Origin: Tubulanus polymorphus
Lineage: Eukaryota > Animalia > Nemertea
Length of the DNA stretch: 64,000 bases
Assembly: GCF_964204645.1 (NCBI RefSeq)
Contig: NC_134031.1
Coordinates: 1,550,001-1,614,000, forward strand
Reading direction: 5' to 3'
How positions within the stretch are numbered: position 1 is the first letter of the stretch; the number at the start of each line of letters is the position of its first letter. The notes beneath the pieces were generated by a model, which was not told the DNA's origin, made no database searches, and saw only the letters and a list, made by a program, of their open reading frames with translations. Both the position numbers and the translations under genes were made by a program. Of the stretch, positions 43,267-55,200 are shown piece by piece.

Positions 43267-46200
43267 ATGTCAGGATGGCACAGCCTTTCCGGTTACCTCG
43301 GCTTCAAGCAAGGAGGAAGTAAGAATCTTTTACACAAATCTTTAATATGCATTGTAATAAACATCGTTATCTGTCACATAGATCTTCAATATAAAACCAC
43401 TAAATCCTCTAAACCGAAGAGACAGACATGAATCTCTCAAGAAATAGTTTCAATATTCCTCTTATATCTGGATACCCCTTCTTTCATTTCTATGGACATA
43501 AGCAAGAACAGCATTTTTGTACATCCAGTATTTCTCTGATAGGTATACTGCAAATTATTATAGAAGAATCAACAAATGGAAATTAATATTAATGCTTGTT
43601 CCAGCACTTAAGTTGTTGATTATCCATAACCAGATATTGGTTCATCTAATTACACATTACAAACAGCAATGATTTTAATGTTTCTTGTTTTTAATGTTTC
43701 AGCACTCGGTCGACTGAAAACACAGAAACGTTTGTGGTATATATTTGAAGAAAGTCGTTGTTGTTTGTTGTATTATAAGAATCAAGAGGATGTGATTCGT
43801 CGGCCTCCGCTCGGTTCGATTGATATCCGTGGAGCATCGATTTGTCTTAATCTCGATCAAAACAATCAGTTCATTATCAGGTACCGGTAAAAATTATTCG
43901 AAATATCGATCTGCGCAGCTGTGTCCGTTAAACCCCTAGACTGTGAACTGTGTTTGAACTCCTTTAACTGCATTTCAATCTTGTGTTACCCATATTCTAT
44001 GTCTACAAAATAATAGTAGTCCAGGAGCTAGCCCAACTTTAACTTGAGAGAATCCCACATACAATGAGAGAGATGAAGTCGGAAAAATTTCCTTTAAGCT
44101 AACAATTTATTCAACATTTCAGCTACCCCGGTATAACCTAATGATCTTCAGGAATACTGGGTATACCTTATAATACTTATATCAGTGTAGGATTCTTAAT
44201 TATGGTTAGCCCCACTTTATTTAAAAGTTTGAGCACAAAAGGTCTATTGGTCTACTGGTTAGCACACTTGCTTTCTACGAGACCCGGGTTCCATCCCCGG
44301 TCAGTGTGCAAAATTTCACTGTCACGGTTAGAATTCTGTGAAACACTTCCCTTAGTTTCTGGGGTTTTTTTCAACGCAGCTTTCGAACCCAACTTCTAGC
44401 AGCAAGCTTCTAACAGCACAGTTTTTTTAATTTCAGTTCAAAGAACACAGATTACATATTCACAGCTGATAACCATGAATCTATGATGATATGGCTTCTC
44501 GGATTACAGGTAGATTGCTTCATCATTTTCAAAGTGTTTGACATTTTTCTAATAATCGCTTGATGTTTCGATTTCTATTTCATCTCGTTTTTCAGTCAAA
44601 ACGTGATGCGTATTCACAGAGATCTCCAGACAAAACTGAGGTTAAAGATAAACCACGGTGTTCGACGTCTGTTGTTAAAAACAGCGGATTCGCGAATAGA
44701 AGGGTGAGAAATCATGAGACTGAAACTTTATTTCACATGGGAATTAACCATAAACAACTGACTGAACCTTTATTTCACACAGGAATTAAGTATAATAAAC
44801 AAACAAAAAACTAAATTCAGTTAAACTTTTTCTTTACAATGTGCAAATAATCAACCTCTTCTCGAAGGTTCATGTAAATGCCAAAATTACTGACTATGAT
44901 ATCATTTTTAAGGTTTTACGATGAAACAATTTATAGTTTTTTCGAATATTGAAACATAATTTTCATTCAGAAAACAGTTACACCGGATACATTATATATG
45001 TTCCATATATCGGGGTAGTTATAACTAGATATGACTGTGTACATGTATATGTGAACACTGACAGGTGATTTGTGAAAACGTATTAAGGATATTCTGATAA
45101 TGATATGTGTGAAACGCTGATAATTTCTCGATATTTTTAACACTATATTCTAAATAGTTTCGTGCTAAAACAACTTCTAGTACTCCGCTCTCATGCTGAA
45201 ATGTGTACGGGTGGTTTCTTAAAATGTATTTATTTTTTCATTTTGACGAATTATGAGCTGAAATGTTCAATGTTTTTCTTTCGTTGGCAGGGAAACTCCT
45301 TATATAGATCTATGACGTGGGTAATTAGTCTATTCTTCAATAATTCGATTAATGGAAGATGATGAAGTTTTCCTCGGCGTGGAATTCTGTGAAGCCCGAA
45401 ATAAGCTCTGAATCTGTGAAATCCTCGCTTCATGGAATTAGTGCTAAAATGTGTTGATCGGTTGTGGGATTTCGTTGTATCTCGCTGCTTCTCAAAGTTG
45501 ATCCGAGTTTTGACTACATAGTTTATTATTGGACTCTTAAGACCCCCAACTCCATAACTGTTGCTTAGAATTTGAAAATGAATTAATTTTTGAACTCTTT
45601 AGTTGCAATTTCAACCAACAAAATGTAGAGCTGGATCCATAGTTTGAATTCTTAACTCATTCCGAAGAAGACGTGGTTGCTGAATTTTACATTTTTATGG
45701 ATGCTGGGCGCAAGAATCCGATGACTACAATATCTATTGTTATAACTGTGTAGGATGTTTGAATATTTCTCAGATGAGAAGCAGCGATCTATAATCGATG
45801 AAATGGGGTCGGGTCGTTGCATGTTTTAGTTCTGTTTCGTATTTGCATGTTCATGTTTCTGAAACCTTTCTTCTGTTTGAAAAACGAATCGTTCTTTTCC
45901 AAACTGCTACTCAATACACGTATGATCACCGCCTACGTTCGTATCGTTTTTGTCGCCTTTTTTTATCGGAAAATATGAAGTTGTAACAACGTCCATAAAC
46001 GGTGTACATGTTTATTGCCTAGTGACGGAGCTCTCACCTATCGTTGTGTCGTCATGACCAGATTTCAAGTGTTTATTCTGTCTCAATAATCATATAGAAT
46101 GTCATAGGTTACCTTTATATAATAAATCCATTACGTGTAATAATTATTTATGATTTGATATTTACCGGTAGTTGTTCGCACTGATATCAGAGTTAGAGTT

Positions 46201-49200
46201 GTAGAGGAACCATGTTAACCTGATATCAATCAGTAAATGAGAAGACTGGTATTGTTGTGTGGGATCGATGATTTTATTAGAAATTATCAGGTTTTACCAC
46301 TTTCGCATAGAATAGCTTCATCAGGTCGATCAGTCAGTGGAGAAACAACAGTATTTATAGGGAGAGTGACACTAGAGGGTACAAAGTGCGACTTAGCACC
46401 CAGTATTCTCAAATAAGTTTTTTACTCTCCCCATGAAGTTAACTTATTGGAGAGTACTGAGTACTAAGTCACACTACGTACCCTCTACGGTCACTCTACC
46501 TATAGATACTGTTGTTTATTCATTGACTTTACTCTTATGCCCGATGAAGCTGCTATGTACTAGAGCAGAGAAAGCTCGTAATTTCTCATAGAATCACTGT
46601 AACTACAAAGCCAAACTCAGGTAACACTAAGATCCTTACGGGTCGGATCTTTTGCCACCTGAGTTAGGTTTAACGTCTTCTTCGTATTTGCTGGATTTGA
46701 TATCAGTAGTGTAATAGTTTACAGCATTAATGAATGGTTTATGAAGAGGTTTATATGATTAACTATGACGTCAATTATAACCGATATACGGGGTGTGTGT
46801 GTGTCGTTGATATTGTTGAGTTTGTTTGATTATCTGTTTAATCAGGTGGTTCTAGTATGTAATAGGCAGATGCTGTCTATTAATCATATACCTGAATTAT
46901 ACCCTGGGATCCAGTTTAACTGTCAGTTAAGATTTGATTAGACTTGTTGGAGTAGAGTCGAATTTAATCGAGGACTTAAAAAACTGGCTCAGGGAGGGTT
47001 TATAGTAATTATCGGTGTTAGATCTCCTAGAGTATAAGGACCTACCGCATCCATTCCATACATGTAGGTTAGATATAGGCTATAGGTATCAGGAACCCTC
47101 GATCAATAGTCTTAAGCCTAGCGCACATCGATGTGAGCGAGCTTACGATTGGTAAGCGTCGATCTATCTCCAGTTCCAGCCAGTTGCCCATGTTCTATTT
47201 TTGAGCAACTGGTTGTACTCAATCGCAGTCATATCCGTCGATGTGCGCGCTCTGGATCTCGACGATCGACACGCGCCATGCAGTTGCTGCAACTGACCGG
47301 TTGTAACTAGATTTCGATGTGCGCGGGGTAATCGTTCGGTAGCAACTAGTTGTCTCCGATCGCAGTGTCGATGTGCGCTAGGCTTTAGACCGATTGAGGA
47401 ATTCATTGAGTGTAGAGTTAAACCTGGAGTCAACTGGAGATGGTTGAACAACACCTGTGTATTATATAGTATGTAACAGATGTCTGGACTAGTCTCAGTT
47501 CTATACGTTTGATAAGCAAGAATCACTTCGATAATCTTCTCATATTCACTTATAAACAGGAGTAGTAAACACTATAGGATTCAGTTCCACATTTCTTACG
47601 GTTAGAATTTGACTCTTAGGTTTGAAACGACGGAAACGAACTGCGGTTTATTTTAACTCTAAGCGAACTTGACTACGAATACTAGTTGAAAGTGGTTTCT
47701 ACTTCTTTTTTAAAGATCAGCGACTAAAAATATGAAAATACTCTGAATCTGAATAATTTCTTGTGGATTTTCAATCAAATGACTTATCGTTATCAAATTG
47801 CTCTCATTTTTGGTGAAAACTACTATATTTAGAGATATCAGGTTGTCCGGTCTACAATTAGAGATATCAGGTAGTCTGGCCTATAATTAGAGATATCAGG
47901 TAGGCCTATATAGTCCGGTCTGCTTTGAGGGTCAAACTCTGAGAACTGTGAATCTGGATCTCTGTATCTAGTGATTGGTTGATGGTAGAACTAGGACCCA
48001 GTTCCATAGTTCTGAGACATGAATGTCAACGTCAGTTCACTCATCAAAAATTATCTCGAATTCTATCTTAGAATTAACTCATAACTGTGGAACTGGATCC
48101 TGAATATTGTGGTCTCGAGTTCATTCTGTAGGATTCTATGATAGTTTCATTCAGGCGTCTGTTGTACAACTATGATCAGTAATTCTCACGTTTTTTTTCT
48201 GCGTTTTAGAGAATTTCCGAGCCGAACGTTTCACCGATCGTGCGCGGAGGCAGCGTAAATAAAGACGACAGCCATGTTTTTACGCGCGGAGGCTCGTTAA
48301 AGGCGTCGACTCGGTTATATCGTATGAAACGTGAATCACACACGCCTCCCGTTCTGTTGCAACGAATGGATACAATTGACAGCGAGAAAGATTGCGATTC
48401 CGTTAAAACTATTAATATTCCTACGCAAGGTTTGTTACATAATTGGTTTGGTCCGTCTGTGGACTCAGTCCTACAGTTCTTGGATCTGAAATAAACCCCT
48501 GTTTCATTTTCAGGGGCACAATTCAAATCAATGAACCTAGTTAATAAGAGGGATAACTAACTGGGTCTGTTTAAAGATGAAATTTGATTTGAATTGAACT
48601 AATTTTTTACTCTTAGTAAAACTTAAGTGACAAATGGGTCTCGTGGCGGAAATGGGTCTCGTTCTCTAGATAATAGTAAGACTCTCAGAATGCAGTTGAG
48701 ACCAAGTCACAAATAACTGATTTTATTACAGCTTTCCTTATTAAACTGTGGCCTTTGATAACCGTCTTCAAACTAAATACAATACCGGACAAACTCAGTT
48801 TTACTGTTGTTCTCAAGTTGATATTTGACTTGAGAAGAGTCAGAATATTGGAAACAAACCAATTTTGACTCCAACACCAAGTCTTGGTGTGTACTTCTAA
48901 AACAAGTTCTATGGCCATCATTTTTGTCTTAAAAAACTGTACATATAATCATACATGTACTAGTCCTATATGTAATGAATGTTTGTCTCGTGGTAAACTA
49001 TCAGACAGTTGGTGACATGTTGTTGCTTCAGTGTGTCATACATATCAGCCTGCATCTGCTTGGTCATAAATATGAGTTATATTAGAAATAATTTACACAT
49101 CACACAAGAATAACCAAGCTGAACACATGAAAATCCGTATATTCTTGTGAAATGAATACCGGTATTTCTTTACGCGGCTGGGCGCGGGGACGACTGTGAC

Positions 49201-52200
49201 AGCTGCATAAACACAGCGAACACACCCCTCAATTTTCATTCCGAGTTTTCAGTCCCTCGGCAGACGCGCGATACACGACGTAATTACATCAGACGCTCCT
49301 TCAAAAATACAGTCTTTATTTGCAATCGATGAAACACTTTTGTTATAACCGATGAAATCGCCATTTCTCAATACGTTTATTATTGGAGCTTGTATCGTAT
49401 TTCATCAATTGAAGAAATGATGATGAATTTTGTTCTGAAATGGGAAACATTCTTTAATATAGTGTTAGATCGAGCTCTAACTGAATCATGCTCCGTTTCT
49501 AATGAGTCAACTTTGACTCAAATCTTAACTTAAACAACTGTGTAACTTGGTACTGAATGGTAAATACCTGGTAATACTACGTCTGGGGCGGATTTAGGGG
49601 GTCCGGACCTTGCCTTTTCATTGAAGTGGCTCTTTTCGTCAAGACAGGGGTTGTTAAAACCTGTAAATTTGATACTCATTCTTTCAGAAATTGCAACCTT
49701 TTGCATGTTTTGCTTCAAAAATATCTAACACCGTACCAAGGGCAGCCTTTAACTAGGCAGCTTCATGAGTGAAATGCCTTTCTTCTGGACCCCACCTTCC
49801 AATTTTCCTAGATCCAACCCTGATAGTTGATCATAAGATTTTTGAATATTTCCTATATTTAGGAATGAGATACGAGGATACAAGTGGACCGGATAGTCAA
49901 CTGAATAGTAAAAAATCAACGGATAACGTATCGAGTATCGGTGGATCGACGAGGGACAGCGATGACGAAGCAGACGTATTCGACTACGAATCGATGTCGA
50001 TGCCAGAAGTTTCAACTCCGTGTCACGAACATTTGAAGAAGAAACTTTCCGACACTTCAGATTATCACAGTAAAGCATCGACGAGTACGGTTCCTGACGC
50101 TCACGAGCGCTCCAGGTAATCTTTGTCTGAATATGAATTTTGTTTTGCAAAATACCTTTTTTTGAATGTGGTATTTGAAGAAATAAAAAGGTAACTACAT
50201 GATGCAGTCATAGATCCAGTTTGTTTCTAATTGAATCCAGTTCCACAGTTGTGAGATAATCATTGATGAAACATTCTGAATCCATGTTGTGACAATGATG
50301 TAGAAAATTCCAGGTATTCATTGAATGTCGATGCATATTTGAAAATCGATGTTAATTATTGCCTGGAACATTTACCAAAACCTGAATAAGAGTTTTATTG
50401 CACAAAACACCTCTTTTGAATGTGGTATTTTTGAAAGGTAAAAGGTAAACTACATGTTACATTTTGCTACATTTAGTTTCTAATTGAATCCAGTTCCACA
50501 TTCGTAAGATGAAATTTCACTCTCAATAATCATTGATGAAAAATTCTGAGTCTATGTTGTGACGATTATATATAGAAAATTCCGCTATTAGAATGAAAAA
50601 TAAAATCTGAAATGTTTCTTCGAGCTGTAGTTTATTTGAAGTTTCGACTATATCCTGATATTCTCCTTCAGAAAATCTTCTGATTTTTCATTAGTGTAGG
50701 ATTTTCTATATTGACTTTTGATAATTGAAAGTAAACCAATAATTTAAACTGATGAGTTAAATGCATTTCACAGCTGTCGAACTATATTTCCTGATGTTCA
50801 TATCTTCAAATCAGATTTTTTCTTGTTGACTGAATTTTAAGCAGTGTTCAGCATTGATTTGTTCTAAAGACCTATTAACCGAGTACAATGTAGGCGTAGA
50901 GTACTGTCGCACATCGGGCGACCATTCTACATCTCACATCCCTAGAGGCTGATTGATTTTATGATCTATTATTGGATATTGTTTGATAAGTTACAGCTGT
51001 TGCCGCAGTTTCAACGTTCAATCTTTTGTAGCAGAAATTATTGAGAGAAATATAGGATCGGTCTTTAATAGAATAGCTGTATAGTAATGTACATCGGTAT
51101 TCTATCCCCCAATCCCTGTTCTGCATTTTCATTGGCAGATCTCGATTTAGAACCATTGCATCAGTGATATTACATCATATTTCATGATGTTACATCTGAT
51201 TGTAAAAAAAAATCAGTGGCAACATTTAGATAATGGATCTTTTAAAGTATAGGGAAAAGAAAGTATATTTATTGTAAGGGACTTTCCCTATGACTTTCCC
51301 TATGGATCCAACTTGAAGTAGATATGGTGACCAAATTTTGATAAACCCTCCCCCATGAATGTGTACTTAGAATGACTCATAAGAGATTCTCTTTCCCATT
51401 CATTCTTTCATAAAGAGATCATTTTGATGGTTTTCATTCACATATTTTATATTTTTCATGTTTTCACAGTTCGTGGTCCGGTCAATCATCTTGTGATTCA
51501 GCTATTAATATCGACGGTCGTGAAATGTCAGTCAACGATATTCAAACGAGACTTCAAGATATGGAACAAGAACTGATGTGAGTATTCAATATCCTCGATG
51601 CCCAGTGCTGTATCAGGTTTGATGTAAGCAAGAGATACTAAACGACCCAATTCCATACGTCTGAAGAAAACCAACAGTTGATGATTTAACAATTTATTCT
51701 GACAGTTTTCAAAGTTCTGTTTTTTTCATTTCACGGATGATGAAGTTTCGTCAAAACTTTGAAACTATCAGAATAAACTATCAAATCATCAACTGTGGGT
51801 TGTGCTGATTAATTCTGAAATATTGAGATCAAGATCAGTCTATCAGTCATGTTGAAATTAGTTCATTTCCAAATATTGACATTCTAGTTAAATTTTTACT
51901 GGATCTGTGAAACTGACTTCAGAACGCAAGACTATTCTATAGAGTTTAAATCAGTTCATCTCTGATGTTTTTATCGTTAAGAGTCCCTAGATTTAACCGA
52001 GACCTATGTAACTGGGTCCAGGGTCTGAAACCGAGGGTTGTAAATTGATCGTTTATTTTTTCCTGAATCGATACGATCTACTTCACAGAGATTTTCATTT
52101 CGACGTAACTTCTTTATTGCGCCATTATTTCACATTATAAAACGTTAATCGACTAACAGCTAATAATACAGTCCACATTTCATCTTTATGCGACGCGCAA

Positions 52201-55200
52201 ATTATGATGATTATGTTTTATTATGAAAACGGCGGAGAGAACTATGAAATGCACCTGGCTGCATGCAACGCTGCAGTAATTACTGAATATTAACTACATT
52301 CACAGTCAGTAATGTTCGTTAGTCCATTCTGATTTTTATTCGACCCATACCTGGAACGGACCAATTTAGTACAGTCCAAGTCAACGCTGTGCATTCACTT
52401 ATGCAGACACTTGTTTTCACTTTTTATCGCTGGTCCAGCTAGACTGGTTACTAACCCCCCCCTCACCCAACACTGTTTCACAGACAATTATGACAAAGTT
52501 TCTATTCACACGCGACGAAAGGGTCTGTTCTAAGATTTAGAAACAGGATCAGTCGTTTCGGTCGGTCTTCATTGGTCAGTTTTAAAATGAAATGGACCGG
52601 TTTAGAACGGATTTTTTGCTAGTGTGAACTAATGGACTAGATTTATTACCCTTTAAATAACGTAGCGTGAACGTAGCTATAAATGCTGTTAATTGTTAGC
52701 TGAGATTATGTTAATGACTATAATGTTATCTCGTTTCCGGTCCGATCGACAGCGAAATAAGTTTCTCACCGTGCGCACTAAATCACGTACGCCTCGTTTG
52801 TACGCTCTGTTCGTCGAACCGTAGATAAATGAATTCATCGCGCTGTTTGTTAGTGTTAACCACGCGATAAAGAAATAAACCGGACGCGTGAGATCCATCG
52901 TATTCCTACCTCGAATAGCGGCGATCATTTCGTGAGTCCAATACGGTATCCAACAGATTAGGAAAACCAGTATGGTGACCGTGACCGTTTTAAGCGCTTT
53001 GTAATTTTTCCAACTCGATGTCAGACGTTTGTCGTGCGTGTTTATCTGTCGTAGGTGGCGCTGCGTAATGCGTAATATCTGCGCGTAGTTAGCGACGACG
53101 ATGATTATGGCCGTCCCGAGCGCGATCGTAAAAATGATAAACGAAGATTTCTGCGAAGTGTCGATATGACTACCGAAAATAAGCGGGAAAAATCGGTACC
53201 GTCCGACGCCGAACAGCGGCATCACGGCTTGTACGAGCGCGACGACCCAAATCGTCGTTAAAATGGCGACGATTCGAACATTCGTAAAGCATCGATCGTA
53301 ACGCAGCGGGAAACGAATAGCTAAATACCGGTCGGTGCTCATCGTAACGAGAGTAAAAACTGATACGCCGCATAACAGCACGGTTAACGCACCTACCGCG
53401 GCGTTAGTCCGAGGACTACGCGGCCACATTCCCGTCAACGACTTCACAAACGCCGACGAAGTCGCTAATAGTCCGACCATTAAATCGGCGATCGCTAAAT
53501 TGATCATGTAAAACCCGGTGTTATTGCGCAATGATCGCGTACGTATTAAAACGATCAAATTGATCACGTTCGAAATAATGATCGAAATCGATATAAATCC
53601 GGTCGGAATCGAGTACCATTTATTCCAAACACACGACGGTAAACCGTATCCATCGCATTCAACATCAGCGACTGGATCATCATCGGTCATCGCACTTCTC
53701 AACTTCGTTAAATGTGTTATCGCTAAAATATATAATATCATTGTCAAACTATTTGTGCCGTAACTCTGGACCCAGTTCCACAGTTGTGAGTTAGAGTTAA
53801 CTCCGAGTTAAAGTTAGTTCATTTTCAATGAGTTGACTCAGAGTCAAATCTTAACTCAGAACTGTGGAACTGGACCCTGACCTTGTGACCTCGGTTCATG
53901 TTTGATGACCATTTAATAAAAGATAGATAATTAAAACAAATTGATTTTAAAATTCGCTTTGAACCTATAGTAGAAATGATATTTGAATTAAAAAACAATT
54001 TACATTAACTCAATCCTAGAATAACTAACTTAGTTTATCTAACTTTTGATGAAACACTCTGAGTCGATAGATACTTTAAAATCCTGCAGTAAGAATGAAG
54101 AGTCTGAAATGTTTCCTTTAGCTGATTATTCCACATTCCGATTCAGTTCTCAGTATTCCAGATCATGTATAATAGAATATAGTCGAAATGTTGAATAAAC
54201 TTTTAGCTCAAGAAAACATTCCGGACTTTTTATTGTTAGTGCGAGATTTTATAGAATCCCAGATTGTATTCAGATTTTAGAAAAAAGGTAAAAATCGCCG
54301 TAATAGCCTTACTCAAATTTCTAAAACTTTTTCTGATATTTTCTAAACTCTGAATAAATAATCAGTGGTCAAATTAACAAAAGTTGTTTACCTGGTCCCT
54401 CACTTCTCTCTGAAACCCTTGGCAGACGTTGCGCGAGTTGTTATCTCTTGAGTTTCTGAATGAATGAATGTCTCGTCGTCGTTTCTCTCTGAAACCCTTG
54501 GCAGACGTTGCACGAGTTGTTATCACTTGAGTTTCTGAATGAATGAATGTCTCGTCGTCGTAAACGAAATGTTTTAATATTCATCGTAAAATTGATTTCA
54601 TGCTGAAAGTTTCCGCCATTTCGTCTGCGTTTGACATTAAACAAATGTTTTCATTGCGAGCGTCGTTGATTTCAGTTTCTGTCCCGTTCATTCATTATTC
54701 TCAGTCTGCGTTCGATATGACTTGAAATTCGTTTTCCAAGAATGATCGTTCCGTTGTTTAACCTACGAGCAATCATCTAATCTATCGAGTTGATTGCTCG
54801 TATAAGTTTACTTGGGTACGAGTGCGAGTTGACTATCATTTCATCATAGTTCAACACTTTCTGACGTATCATTTAAAGAAACCCACGATATCAACGTTTA
54901 AACGACTGTTATTATTTTCTTACTTTGCGCATGGAATCCTTCCATTCACTTTGAAAAATAAGATTTAAAATAAACGAAATAAGAATAAAATGGAATTTAA
55001 ATAAATCGATAAGATAACATTTTTCAAATAGAAGATGGGAAAACCCGGGTTTTTTAATTGGCAGAAAGTGGCGCCACCCTGTGTAAAATATGATTTTAAA
55101 AAGAGTTAAATCGTCTGATTTGGAAGAAGGAATTCTTGCGCTTGAATTCTAATTAAACCAGAGAACGGAAAACAAAACAGAACCATTTGGAAAATCCCAG

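Noticed and set aside
47164-47526. 120-aa ORF (and 55874-56101)
   Set aside because: Lies in the non-autonomous family C MITE; no transposase motifs.
52689-53690. Opsin or biogenic-amine receptor identity for the GPCR
   Set aside because: No TM7 retinal-binding Lys and no TM3 Asp3.32.
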